Assembly (NCBI GenBank): GCA_963761615.1
Contig: CAVXGU010000003.1
Location: forward strand, 2,657,336-2,721,335
Reading direction: 5' to 3'
DNA from: an uncultured Acidobacteriota bacterium
GTDB taxonomy: Bacteria; Acidobacteriota; Vicinamibacteria; Vicinamibacterales; CAVVIG01
DNA length: 64,000 nucleotides
The notes under the pieces were generated by a model. That model ran no database searches and was not told where the DNA came from. It saw only the letters and a program-made list of their open reading frames with translations. Position numbers and translations under genes: made by a program. This document shows, in pieces, positions 37,022 through 46,432 of the stretch; the stretch's first letter is position 1, and every line of letters starts with the position of its first letter.

Positions 37022-37948
37022 TCACTCCACCTGGTCTTTGATCTTCTGAATCTCCTCTTTGATCAGCCGCTCGGTCACGTCCGACACCAGCTGCGTCACC
37101 GTCTCGCGGACGACGCGGTCGGACATGCGCGCGAGCACGCGCTCCGTGATGCGCTGGATCTCCTGGTCCGAGAGCTCCGCGGGGGCGCGAACGGGCCACG
37201 ACAGGCGAGCATCCGTCGTCCCGTCCTGCTCGGCCTGCAGCAGCGTCGAGAACGCCTCGGGCAGCGGCGGGAGATCGATCGCGGGCGGCGCCGCCGCGGG
37301 TGCGGGCGCCGGAGCCACCGCCGGCTCGGGCTGCGGGCGCGGCCACGCCCGAGCCGGGGCCTCGGGCGACCCCTTGTCGTTCAGGCTGGCGAACGCGGCG
37401 TCGAGCCGATCGAAGTAGTCGTCGACGGTCGCGCCGCCAGGAGCACCCGGCGCGAGGGCCGGCGTCGAGGCCACGGGCACCTCGGAGGCCGCGGGCGCAC
37501 CAGCCACGGCAACGGACGGTCCGGCCCCTTCCGCGGGCGCCGGCGCGGCGGCGGACGCCTCGCCGGGAAGCCGGGCCGCCGACCTCGTGAGCAGCTCACG
37601 GACGCGGCCGATCACCATCTGCGGTTCGAACGGCTTGGCGAGCACGCCGTCGCACCCGGCGGCCGCCGCGCGGCGCTCGTCAATCGGCTCGAACGCGCCG
37701 GTGAGGAGGAGCACGGGGATGTGGGCGAGCGAGGGCGACCCCTTGATGAACTCGGCCACTTCGTAACCGTTGCGCCCGGGCATCCCGACGTCGGCGAGCA
37801 CGACGTCTGGCGGATCCGTGTTCAGCCGGGCGATCGCCTGGTCGCCGTCGCTCACGGCGACCACGCGCACGTCCTCGTCCGCAAAGGTCAACTCGATGAC
37901 GCGCTGAATCGTGACGCTGTCGTCGGCGAGGAGCAGAGTCTGAGGCAC
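37022..37948 (-). CDS. response regulator: receiver domain, Pro/Ala-rich linker, unknown helical C-terminal domain
   Basis: It has LLLADDSVTIQRV...DVVLADVGMPGRNGYEV...VLAKPF (REC with a phospho-acceptor Asp). A roughly 90-aa A/P linker follows. The C-terminal ELSDQEIQRITERVLARMSDRVVRETVTQLVSDVTERLIKEEIQKIK has no DNA-binding motif that I recognise. Confidence 0.8.
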   Translation of the reverse strand: MPQTLLLADDSVTIQRVIELTFADEDVRVVAVSDGDQAIARLNTDPPDVVLADVGMPGRNGYEVAEFIKGSPSLAHIPVLLLTGAFEPIDERRAAAAGCDGVLAKPFEPQMVIGRVRELLTRSAARLPGEASAAAPAPAEGAGPSVAVAGAPAASEVPVASTPALAPGAPGGATVDDYFDRLDAAFASLNDKGSPEAPARAWPRPQPEPAVAPAPAPAAAPPAIDLPPLPEAFSTLLQAEQDGTTDARLSWPVRAPAELSDQEIQRITERVLARMSDRVVRETVTQLVSDVTERLIKEEIQKIKDQVE

Positions 37949-37979
37949 CTTGGTACCTTTCGGCTGCGAGGCCGTTGAC

Positions 37980-38378
37980 CTACACCCGGGTCCGGACGTT
38001 GGCGGTGATGAACTCCGCGATCTCCTGCATGGGCGTTCCGGGAAGGAACACGCCCTTGACGCCGAGGGCCTTCAGCGTGGGTACGTCGACGTCCGGGATG
38101 ATCCCGCCGACCAGCACGAGGACGTCGTCCAGCCCGCGCTCCCGGAGGAGGCTCATCAGCCGCGGCACGATGTGATTGTGCGCGCCCGACAGAATCGACA
38201 GCCCGATCACGTCGGCGTCTTCCTGCAGGGCCGCGGCGACGATCTGTTCGGGGGTCTGGCGCAGCCCCGTGTAGATCACCTCCATGCCGGCATCCCTCAG
38301 GGCACGGGCGATGACCTTGGCGCCGCGGTCGTGCCCGTCGAGCCCCGGCTTGGCGATGATCACGCGCACGTTTCGCAT
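37980..38378 (-). CDS. methylmalonyl-CoA mutase, cobalamin-binding subunit
   Basis: 132 aa with [28 protein letters not shown], which contains the DxHxxG B12-binding motif. Confidence 0.9.
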   Translation of the reverse strand: MRNVRVIIAKPGLDGHDRGAKVIARALRDAGMEVIYTGLRQTPEQIVAAALQEDADVIGLSILSGAHNHIVPRLMSLLRERGLDDVLVLVGGIIPDVDVPTLKALGVKGVFLPGTPMQEIAEFITANVRTRV

Positions 38379-38401
38379 CGCGACATCCTACCGCGCCCGG
38401 C

Positions 38402-40066
38402 TCACAGGACCGGGACTTCTTCGTATTCGCCCCACACCTCGCGCAGGGCGTCGCACATCTCGCCCACGGTCGCGTAGGCCCGCACGGCGTCCAGGATCGG
38501 CGGCATCAGGTTGGTCCGGCCGCCGGCGGCGGCGCGCAGCGCGTCGAGCGACTGCGCGACGACCGCCGCGTCCCGCGTGCCCTTCAGCCGATCCAGCCGC
38601 TCCAGCTGGCGCTCGCCCGCGGCTTCGTCGATGTACAGGATCGGCACGGGCGGCTCGTCGGGCTCGACGAAGTCGTTGACGCCGACGATCACCTGCTCGC
38701 GCCGCTCGACCGCCTGCTGGAACCGGTACGACGACTCGGCGATCTCCCGCTGCGGGAACCCCTGCTCGACCGCGCTCACCATGCCGCCCATCGCGTCGAT
38801 CCTGGCGAAATAGCCGCGGGCGCCGTCCACGAGGTCACGCGTGAGCGACTCGACGAAGTAGGAGCCCCCGAGCGGATCGACGTGCTCGGCGACGCCGCTC
38901 TCGTGGGCGATGATCTGCTGCGTCCGCAGGGCGAGCCTGGCAGCCTGTTCGGTCGGGAGGGCCAGGGCCTCGTCCAGCGAGTTCGCGTGCAGCGAATTGG
39001 CCCCGCCCAGCACGGCCGCCAGCGCCTGCAGCGCCGTCCGCACGACGTTGTTGTACGGCTGCTGGGCGGTCAGGGAGACGCCCGCCGTCTGCGCGTGGAA
39101 TCGCAGCTTCCACGAGCGCTCGTCCCTGGCGCCGAAACGCTCGCGCATCGCCTCGGCCCAGAGGCGGCGGGCGGCGCGGTACTTCGCGATCTCCTCGAAG
39201 AAGTCGCTGTGGGCGTTGAAGAAGAACGAGATGCGCGGCGCGAAGGCGTCCACGTCCAGGCCGGCGTCGACGCCCCACTGCACGTACTCCAGGCCGTCGG
39301 CGAGCGTGAACGCCAGCTCCTGGAGCGCCGTGGCCCCGGCCTCGCGGATGTGGTACCCGCTCACCGAGATCGTGTTCCAGCGCGGCACCTCGCGCGAGGC
39401 GAACGCGAAGATGTCGGTGATGATCCGCATCGACGGCCGCGGCGGGAAGATGTACTCCTTCTGGGCGATGAACTCCTTCAGGATGTCGTTCTGGATCGTC
39501 CCCGACAGCCGGTCCCAGTCCACGCCCTGCCGCTCGGCCACGACGAGGTACATCGCAAACAGAATCGCCGCGGGCGAGTTGATCGTCATCGACGTCGTGA
39601 TCCGGTCGAGGGCGATGCCGTCGAACAGCTCTTCCATGTCGGCCAGCGAGGCCACGTTCACACCGCACTTGCCGACCTCGCCGAGCGACAGCGGGTGGTC
39701 CGGATCGCGGCCCATGAGGGTCGGCAGGTCGAAGGCGACGCTCAGGCCGGTGCCGCCGGCCGCGAGCAGGGCCTTGTAGCGCGCGTTCGTCTCGGCCGGC
39801 GTGCCGTAGCCGGCGAACTGCCGCATCGTCCAGAGTTTGCCGCCGTATCCGGTCCGGTGAATCCCGCGGGTGTAGGGAAAGACCCCGGGATCGGCGATGT
39901 CACGGCCGTAGTCCAGGCCGGCCAGGTCCTCGGCGCCATAGAGACGTTCGACCGGCCGGCCCGAGATGGTCCGGAAGACCGTCGCGCGTTCCGGCGCCCT
40001 GGACAGGGCGGGCTGCAGCGTGTCCCGCTCCCACCGACGCCGGGCCGTGTCCAGCTCGGTCTTCAT
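38402..40066 (-). CDS. methylmalonyl-CoA mutase, catalytic (large) subunit
   Basis: 554 aa with [26 protein letters not shown] and [10 protein letters not shown], the MCM N-terminal TIM-barrel signatures. Confidence 0.92.
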   Translation of the reverse strand: MKTELDTARRRWERDTLQPALSRAPERATVFRTISGRPVERLYGAEDLAGLDYGRDIADPGVFPYTRGIHRTGYGGKLWTMRQFAGYGTPAETNARYKALLAAGGTGLSVAFDLPTLMGRDPDHPLSLGEVGKCGVNVASLADMEELFDGIALDRITTSMTINSPAAILFAMYLVVAERQGVDWDRLSGTIQNDILKEFIAQKEYIFPPRPSMRIITDIFAFASREVPRWNTISVSGYHIREAGATALQELAFTLADGLEYVQWGVDAGLDVDAFAPRISFFFNAHSDFFEEIAKYRAARRLWAEAMRERFGARDERSWKLRFHAQTAGVSLTAQQPYNNVVRTALQALAAVLGGANSLHANSLDEALALPTEQAARLALRTQQIIAHESGVAEHVDPLGGSYFVESLTRDLVDGARGYFARIDAMGGMVSAVEQGFPQREIAESSYRFQQAVERREQVIVGVNDFVEPDEPPVPILYIDEAAGERQLERLDRLKGTRDAAVVAQSLDALRAAAGGRTNLMPPILDAVRAYATVGEMCDALREVWGEYEEVPVL

Positions 40067-40074
40067 GATGGTTC

Positions 40075-40080
40075 ATTATA
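40075..40080 (-). promoter_or_regulatory. perfect TATAAT box 8 nt upstream of the mutase ATG (possible leaderless transcript)
   Basis: The reverse strand reads GATATAATGAACCATC ATG. The whole divergent intergenic gap is only 28 nt. Confidence 0.35.
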
Positions 40081-40094
40081 TCGGCCGTTGTACT

Positions 40095-41357
40095 ATGGAC
40101 AGACGCATGCCGACCAAGCCCTCCATCTTCGCGGAGATGCTCGAAGAGTTCGACATCGCCGCCCGCATCCTGCAACTCGATCCCGGCATCTGGAAAATCC
40201 TCACGCACCCGAAACGCCAGATCACCGTGTCCTGCCCGGTGCAGATGGACAACGGGACGATCGAGGTCTTCACCGGCTATCGGGTGCAGTACAGCGTCAC
40301 GCTGGGTCCCGCCAAGGGCGGTATCCGGTACCACCAGGACGTCACCCTCGACGAGGTCACGGCCCTGTCGGCCTGGATGACCTGGAAATGCGCCGTGGCC
40401 CACATCCCGTTCGGCGGAGCGAAGGGCGGCGTCATCTGCGATCCGACGCGCATGTCGAGCCGCGAGATCGAAGCCCTCACCCGCCGGTACATCTCCGAGA
40501 TCATCGACGCCATCGGCCCCGAGAAGGACGTCCCCGCGCCCGACGTCAACACGGACGAACAGGTGATGGCGTGGATCATGGACACCTACAGCATGCACGT
40601 CGGCCAGACGACGACGTCGGTCGTCACCGGCAAGCCGCTGGAGCTCGGGGGGTCCCTGGGCCGACGTGAAGCGACCGGACGCGGCGTGATGATCGTCGCC
40701 AGCGAGGCCGCACAACACGTCGGCATCGACATCGCCCGGGCGAGGATCGCGGTCCAGGGCTTCGGCAACGTGGGCTCGGTCTCCGCCGAGCTGCTCGCGC
40801 GGCTCGGTGCCAAGGTGGTGGGCATCACCGACTGGCAGGGCGGCGCCTACAACCCGAACGGCCTCGACATCCCCGCGCTGCTGGCGCACAAGCGGGCGCA
40901 CAAGACGGTCCACGGCTTCCCCGCCGCCGAGCCGCTGTCGAACGAGCAGCTGTTCTCCCTCGACGTCGACGTCCTCATCCCCGCGGCCCTCGAGAACCAG
41001 ATCACGATCGAGAACGCCCCGCGGATCCGCGCGAAGGTGATCGTCGAGGGCGCCAACGGTCCCACAGCGCCCGAGGCGCACCGCCACCTGCACGAGCGCG
41101 GCGTCTTCGTCGTGCCGGACATCCTGGCCAACTCGGGCGGCGTCACCGCCTCCTACTTCGAGTGGGTTCAGGATCGGTACGGCTACTTCTGGACCGAGGC
41201 CGAAGTGAACCAGCGCCTGGAAGACAAGATGCGGCTCGCGTTCAAGGCCGTGCTCGACACCGCCCTGCACTACGACGTGGACATGCGGACCGCCGCGTAC
41301 ATGCTCGCCATCAACCGGGTGGCGACGGTCACGAAGCTGCGCGGGATGTACGCGTAG
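40095..41357 (+). CDS. gdhA: Glu/Leu/Phe/Val-family glutamate dehydrogenase
   Basis: It has GPAKGGIRYH, PFGGAKGG and VQGFGNVGS. The start is the ATG at 40095 or 40107. Confidence 0.9.
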   Translation: MDRRMPTKPSIFAEMLEEFDIAARILQLDPGIWKILTHPKRQITVSCPVQMDNGTIEVFTGYRVQYSVTLGPAKGGIRYHQDVTLDEVTALSAWMTWKCAVAHIPFGGAKGGVICDPTRMSSREIEALTRRYISEIIDAIGPEKDVPAPDVNTDEQVMAWIMDTYSMHVGQTTTSVVTGKPLELGGSLGRREATGRGVMIVASEAAQHVGIDIARARIAVQGFGNVGSVSAELLARLGAKVVGITDWQGGAYNPNGLDIPALLAHKRAHKTVHGFPAAEPLSNEQLFSLDVDVLIPAALENQITIENAPRIRAKVIVEGANGPTAPEAHRHLHERGVFVVPDILANSGGVTASYFEWVQDRYGYFWTEAEVNQRLEDKMRLAFKAVLDTALHYDVDMRTAAYMLAINRVATVTKLRGMYA

Positions 41358-41358
41358 G

Positions 41359-41375
41359 GGCCGCGGGCCGCGGCC
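41359..41375. terminator. GC palindrome between convergent gdh and VWFA genes
   Basis: The sequence is ggccgcgg g ccgcggcc. Confidence 0.4.
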
Positions 41376-41380
41376 GCGCG

Positions 41381-43105
41381 TCACTCGGTGACGCGGAAGG
41401 AGACGAGATCCTTGGCCTGGCCGTTCGGCGCGCTCACGGCAATCTCGATCGAGTACGGTCCGTGCGCCAGGTTCGCGAGCGACACGTCGGTCTCGAACCA
41501 GTTCGGAGCATTCGGCATCGCCCGCACCTGGAGCCGGCGCAGGGCGTTGCCGTCGGGCCCCTGCAGCACCGCCGTGCGCTGCAGCGTTCCGTCGGCATAG
41601 GCCGCGAAGCGGACCAGGAGGCGCTCCGCGCGGCTGAACTCGCGAGACGCCACCGGCGCCGCCGTCGGATCCGATTCGAGGAGCCGCCAGTCGCGCGCCG
41701 TGCGGGCACGGAAGACTTCCGGCGAGCCCAGCACCACCGCGCCGTCCATCTTGCGAATGCCGAGCGACCGGGTGTCGTGATCGAGCTCCTGCCCGCCGTT
41801 CTCCACCGACATCTGCAGGCGCAGGCGGCCGGGCGGCACGTCGAAAACCGCGCGCGCCGGCGGCGCCGTCTCCTCCTCACCCGCTGCGCCGCTCGGCGGC
41901 ACCACGGCGTGGAAAACGGACGTCCCGTCGGGTTCGAGCGCGTCGAGCACGACCTGTGACGGCTCCGGTTGACGCGATCGACTGCCCGGGACCCTCGGCA
42001 CCGGCTCCCACACGAAGGTCACGCGCGTCTTCCCGTCGTCGCCGCGCGTGAAGCCGAACCACGGACGGATCAACTGGCTCGCGTGCGTCATCTCGATGGC
42101 GGGCACGGCCGGCGGCGGCACCGCCGCCGCCGCGATGAGGCGAGCGGCCGCCTCCGAGGGCGCCCAGTAGCCCGGACGCGCGCGCACCGACACGTTCGGC
42201 TGCGACGCAGTCACCGTGACCGCATGGAAGCGGCCGTCGCCATCGTCCGCCGACGGCAGCTGCAGCCAGTAGTACGCGCCGGCATCCGCGACCATTCGCC
42301 GCAGGCCGGGGTCGAGATCCGGCCCCGCGATCATCCGCCCGCCGGTGTCGTCGGCGAGCGTCGACAGCGACGAAGAGGCCTCCGACGCCGACTCCGGATC
42401 GACGGCATACACCGCGACGTTGCCGCCGTTGGCGAGCCGCGCGACCGTGTCGGGTCCGGCGCCCGCGGCTTCGCCCCGCCGCCGCCCGGCGACCGGGGTG
42501 ATCCCGTCGCTCACGACCACCAGGGTCTTGCGGCCGGCGCCGGCGCCCGCGAGGTACCGCGCCAGCGCGGCCGCCGCGGACCACGACATCTGGGCGCGGG
42601 TCGCGTCGGCGGCTGCCGGCGATCGCGCGACGAGCTGCTGTTCGAACGGCGTGCGGGGCGTGTAGTCGCCCAGGCGGCCGGCAAAGGAGCCGATCGCCCG
42701 CGCGAGCGCCTCGCGGTTGTCGGTGAGCGTGATCGAGACGAGCGAATCGAGGGGCTTCAGCACGACGGCCCGATCGCCGGCGCGCATGTCCTGCTCCACG
42801 AAGCGCGTCAGCGCGTCGCGCACGCGCGGCACGTCGGAGGAGGCGACGTGGTACTCGTCGAGAAAGATGCCGTAGACGCGGGGACCCCGGTCCGCCGCCG
42901 GTTCCACGCCGCCCACCGTCACCGGCACTCCGTCGACCCGCACGCTCACGCCGGACGAGTCGAGGCGCGGGAGGCTCCGCCCGCTTCGGTCCGTCACGAG
43001 CACGTCGATCCCGACGCCGCTCTCCGCCGCGCGCAGCCGCACCGGAACCACCCACGTCCCGAACAGGACGAGGAGCGCAAGGACCTTCCTCACATTCCCC
43101 CTCAC
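41381..43105 (-). CDS. VWFA-related acidobacterial domain protein (exported)
   Basis: GTG start. It has a signal peptide, VGIDVLVTDRSGRSLPRLDSSGVSVRVDGVPV and a VWA-like core (YGIFLDEYH...TLVVVSDG). It is a paralogue of the next gene. Confidence 0.8.
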   Translation of the reverse strand: MRGNVRKVLALLVLFGTWVVPVRLRAAESGVGIDVLVTDRSGRSLPRLDSSGVSVRVDGVPVTVGGVEPAADRGPRVYGIFLDEYHVASSDVPRVRDALTRFVEQDMRAGDRAVVLKPLDSLVSITLTDNREALARAIGSFAGRLGDYTPRTPFEQQLVARSPAAADATRAQMSWSAAAALARYLAGAGAGRKTLVVVSDGITPVAGRRRGEAAGAGPDTVARLANGGNVAVYAVDPESASEASSSLSTLADDTGGRMIAGPDLDPGLRRMVADAGAYYWLQLPSADDGDGRFHAVTVTASQPNVSVRARPGYWAPSEAAARLIAAAAVPPPAVPAIEMTHASQLIRPWFGFTRGDDGKTRVTFVWEPVPRVPGSRSRQPEPSQVVLDALEPDGTSVFHAVVPPSGAAGEEETAPPARAVFDVPPGRLRLQMSVENGGQELDHDTRSLGIRKMDGAVVLGSPEVFRARTARDWRLLESDPTAAPVASREFSRAERLLVRFAAYADGTLQRTAVLQGPDGNALRRLQVRAMPNAPNWFETDVSLANLAHGPYSIEIAVSAPNGQAKDLVSFRVTE

Positions 43106-43110
43106 GTCGT

Positions 43111-43136
43111 CAGTTCCTCGGTTCCTCAGTTCGTGA
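43111..43136 (-). repeat. tandem 8-9-nt GAGGAACN repeats preceding the downstream VWFA start
   Basis: The reverse strand reads CACGAACT GAGGAACC GAGGAACT GACGAC GTG. The repeats overlap the stop codon of the upstream VWFA gene. Confidence 0.6.
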
Positions 43137-45219
43137 CGCGGAAGCCCACGAATTCCGACACCGGCTTGGTCCCGCCAGCCGATGCGGACACTTCCATCAC
43201 GTAGTCACCCGGCGCGAGGCTCGCCAGGGGCACTTCGATCTGCGATGGCGCGTCCGGTGCAGGGCCGGGTTCGACCTTGAGGTCTTCCATCGGCTCGCCG
43301 TCCCGGTTGAGCAGGCGCGCCGTGAGCGCTGGCGAAGCCTCGGCGTACACCGGCACCCGCACCAGCAGCGACTCCGTCCGGCTGAACGCCCGCGCCACTG
43401 CCGGCACCGCCTGCGGGTCGTCTTTGATCTTCTGCAGTTCCAGGAACGTCCGGGCACGGAAGACGGCGGGCGTGCCGAAGACCGTGTCGGGCGCCGTCAG
43501 ATCCGGCACGGTCACGTCGCGGACCTCGGTGTCCAGCACGGACTGATCCGGGCTGTCGACCTCGAGACGCATGTGCATCGTGCCGGGCGGCACGTCGAAG
43601 CTGACGCGCGAGCCCGCCGGCGCGGGGGTGCCCGCCTTCGGGAGTTGCTCGGGCACCCGTCCCCGGTAGTAGGGGGTGCCGTCGTCGCCGACGGCCATGA
43701 TCGAGACCTGCGCCGGCGCGTCATCCGCATCGGGCGTCCGGCCGGGCACACCCGGCCGGGGCGTCGGCTGCCAGACGAAGGTCACCTTCGTCTTGCCGTC
43801 GGCGCCACGGGACGTGCCCAGCCAGGACTCGATGAGGTGCGCCCGGACCGGGACGTCGACCGCGGCGAGCGCCTGCGTGACGCCGGGCGGAGGCCCGGGC
43901 CTGGCGGGCGCCTTGAGGCGCGCGGCGTTCCCCGGCGTGATCGCCCAGTAGCCCCGCCGCGCCCGCACCTGGACGTCCGGCCGTTTCACGCGAACGGAGA
44001 TCTGGTGGAACTTGCCGTCGGTGGGCGCGTTCGACGAGTCGTACCCGATGAGGTAATAGGCGCTCTCGTCGCTCACGATCTGCTTGAGGCCCGGCGCGAT
44101 GTCGTTGCGGTTCACGATCGCGCGGCCTTCGGTCTGCTCCGAGAGCGACCGCAGCGTGTCCTGCGTCTGCTGCAGGTACTGGCCGCCGATCTGGCTGCTG
44201 ATGTTGTCCGCAATGTCGAAATCCGAGCCGGCCAGCCCGCGCGGGTCGATCGCGTAGATCGCGACGTTGTTCCGGTTCGCCGTGTCGTAGATGTCGCGGA
44301 GGTCGTCGTCCAGCTGCGATCCGGCCAGAAACCCGGCCAGCTGCTCGTTCGGATCGTTCACGCCCAGCAGGGGACTCGAGTGGCTCTCGATGCCGGGCAC
44401 CTGCGCGTTGTCGCTGCGCATCTGCGGCGGGACCATGTAGGTGTAGCCCTCGCTGACCAGCAGCAGGGCCTTGCGCGCTTCCTTGAGACCGCCCAGGTGG
44501 ATGATGAAGGCCTTGAGCGCAGAGAGGGCCACCTGCACCCGGATCCGCTCGACGGTTTCCGTCGGGTAGTCGGCGTACTTCTCCTCGAACGCGTTCTTCG
44601 GCTCGTAGTCGTACTTCCGGCCGGTGAACTGCTCGAGTGCCTTCTCGATGGCCGCATGGTCGCGGGTCATCCGGACCGAGTCCAGGGACTCGAGCGGATA
44701 CATGATCCCGACCATATCCGACGGCCCGAGCTGCTTCTGGACGAACTGGGCGAGCTCGTCGCGCACCCGCATGCTCGACTCCCGCCGGACGTGATAGTCG
44801 TCCAGGAAGATGCCGAAGAGCCGCACGTCGTCTCGCGCGGCCTCGGCCTGCTCGTCCTCGTCGGTGCGGATCGGGCGCGGGGGCTCGCCCGACGGCTCCG
44901 ACGCGCCGCCGTCGAGGTGAATCAGCTTGAAGGTCTGGATGGTCTGCGGCTTGCCGTCCTCCAGGACCTGGAAGTCGTTCTGGGTGAGGTTGGTGATCGG
45001 CGCGCCGTTGTGCGACGAGACGATCACGTCGACCCGGACGAAGTTGATGCCCGCGCGGAAGACCGGCTGCTGCGCGTTCGGCCCGGCGGAAGGCGCCTGC
45101 TGGTCGGCCGGCGCGGGCGGGCCCGGCGGCGGCGCGGGCTGCTGCGCGTCGCCGCGCGCGCCGAGCGCCACCACCGCGAGGGCTACCGCGCCGATCGTGC
45201 CGCGGAGCTTCCAAGCCAC
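43126..45219 (-). CDS. VWFA-related acidobacterial domain protein (exported)
   Basis: It has a signal peptide, FRAGINFVRVDVIVSSHNGAPITNLTQNDFQVLEDGKPQTIQTF, FGIFLDDYH and LLLVSEG. The C-terminus ends ...FRVTN, compared with ...FRVTE in the paralogue. Confidence 0.85.
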   Translation of the reverse strand: MAWKLRGTIGAVALAVVALGARGDAQQPAPPPGPPAPADQQAPSAGPNAQQPVFRAGINFVRVDVIVSSHNGAPITNLTQNDFQVLEDGKPQTIQTFKLIHLDGGASEPSGEPPRPIRTDEDEQAEAARDDVRLFGIFLDDYHVRRESSMRVRDELAQFVQKQLGPSDMVGIMYPLESLDSVRMTRDHAAIEKALEQFTGRKYDYEPKNAFEEKYADYPTETVERIRVQVALSALKAFIIHLGGLKEARKALLLVSEGYTYMVPPQMRSDNAQVPGIESHSSPLLGVNDPNEQLAGFLAGSQLDDDLRDIYDTANRNNVAIYAIDPRGLAGSDFDIADNISSQIGGQYLQQTQDTLRSLSEQTEGRAIVNRNDIAPGLKQIVSDESAYYLIGYDSSNAPTDGKFHQISVRVKRPDVQVRARRGYWAITPGNAARLKAPARPGPPPGVTQALAAVDVPVRAHLIESWLGTSRGADGKTKVTFVWQPTPRPGVPGRTPDADDAPAQVSIMAVGDDGTPYYRGRVPEQLPKAGTPAPAGSRVSFDVPPGTMHMRLEVDSPDQSVLDTEVRDVTVPDLTAPDTVFGTPAVFRARTFLELQKIKDDPQAVPAVARAFSRTESLLVRVPVYAEASPALTARLLNRDGEPMEDLKVEPGPAPDAPSQIEVPLASLAPGDYVMEVSASAGGTKPVSEFVGFRVTN

Positions 45220-45248
45220 CGTCCCATCTTAAACCAACCCACCCGCCC

Positions 45249-46385
45249 TCATCGCAGCAGCTGCGCCGCGATGATCATCCGCTGGGCTTCCGACGTGCCC
45301 TGGTAGATTTCCGTGGCGCGCACGTCGCGGAACAGGCGTTCGACCACCGATCCCTGGCGGTAGCCCGCCGACGCCAGGATCTGCATCGCCCGATCGGCGG
45401 CCTTGTGCGCGGCCTCGGACGCCGCGAGCTTGGCCATGGACGACTCGAGCGGGCCGTCGCCGCGCGGATCGCGGGCCGCGGCGGCCTTCCACGTCAGCAG
45501 ACGCGCCGCGTCCAGCTCGGTGGCGACATCCGCCAGCATCCACTGAATGGCCTCGAACTGGCCGATCGGTCGGCCGAAGGCGTACCGCGTCTTCGCATGG
45601 GCCACTGCTTCGGCGAGCGCCGCGTCGCCGAGGCCGAGCGCCTGCGCGGCGATGGCGATGCGGCCGCCGCGGAGCGTCCAGGTCGCCAGCGGGAACCCGC
45701 GATCGACCTCGCCGAGCACGTCGGCGTCGCCGACGGCCACGTCGAGCTCGAGGTCCATGCAGCCGAGACCGCGGACGCCGAGCGATCGATCGCACCGCGT
45801 GCGGACGATGCCTCGCGTGTCCATCGGCACCAGGAAGGCGGTGATGCCCCGTCCCCGCTCGCCCGGCCGCGTCGCCGCGAAGACGATGGCGACCGACGCG
45901 GCGTCCGCGTTGGCCACCCAGACCTTCCGCCCCTGCAGGCGATAGCCGCCGCTCGTCTTCACGGCGCGCGTCGTCTGATTGGCGGCGTCGGTCCCGGCAC
46001 CGTCCTCGGACAGCGCGAACGACCCGATGGCTTCCCCGGTCGCCAGCGCCCGCAACCACCGCGCCTGCTGCGCCGCGGTTCCCGCGTACGCGACGGCTTC
46101 GGCCACGAGCGAGGTCGTGACCGAGAGGGACACGGCGACGGTCGCGCTCGCGCGGGCCACGGCCTCGATCGCCAGGACGTAGCTCAGGTAGTCGAGGCCG
46201 CGGCCGCCCCAGTCGGCGGCGATCGGGATGCCGCAGAGGCCCCGCGCCGCGGCGTCGCGCATCACGTCGGCGGGGAACTCGTTGGTGCGGTCGATCTCCG
46301 CCGCGCGCGGCGCCACGACCTCGCGCGCGAACGCCGCCGCGTCGCGCGCGAACGCTTCCTGCTCCGGGGTCAGCGCGATCCGCAT
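45249..46385 (-). CDS. acyl-CoA dehydrogenase
   Basis: The internal ATG at 46385 starts MRIALTPEQEAF. It has ALSEDGAGTDAANQTT and RDVRATEIYQGTSEAQRMIIAAQLL. Confidence 0.88.
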   Translation of the reverse strand: MRIALTPEQEAFARDAAAFAREVVAPRAAEIDRTNEFPADVMRDAAARGLCGIPIAADWGGRGLDYLSYVLAIEAVARASATVAVSLSVTTSLVAEAVAYAGTAAQQARWLRALATGEAIGSFALSEDGAGTDAANQTTRAVKTSGGYRLQGRKVWVANADAASVAIVFAATRPGERGRGITAFLVPMDTRGIVRTRCDRSLGVRGLGCMDLELDVAVGDADVLGEVDRGFPLATWTLRGGRIAIAAQALGLGDAALAEAVAHAKTRYAFGRPIGQFEAIQWMLADVATELDAARLLTWKAAAARDPRGDGPLESSMAKLAASEAAHKAADRAMQILASAGYRQGSVVERLFRDVRATEIYQGTSEAQRMIIAAQLLR

Positions 46386-46432
46386 GCGTCTCCCTTGCCA
46401 CAGCGGGACGCCGAGGGCGTCCCCGCGCGCGG

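Noticed and set aside
34654-37041. 795-aa plus-strand ORF
   Set aside because: It is antisense to valS, with the same GC-driven artefact pattern.
37980-40094. Cobalamin riboswitch near the B12-dependent mutase genes
   Set aside because: The upstream gap is only 28 nt, and I saw no B12-box-like sequence. B12-using enzymes are not usually riboswitch-controlled anyway.
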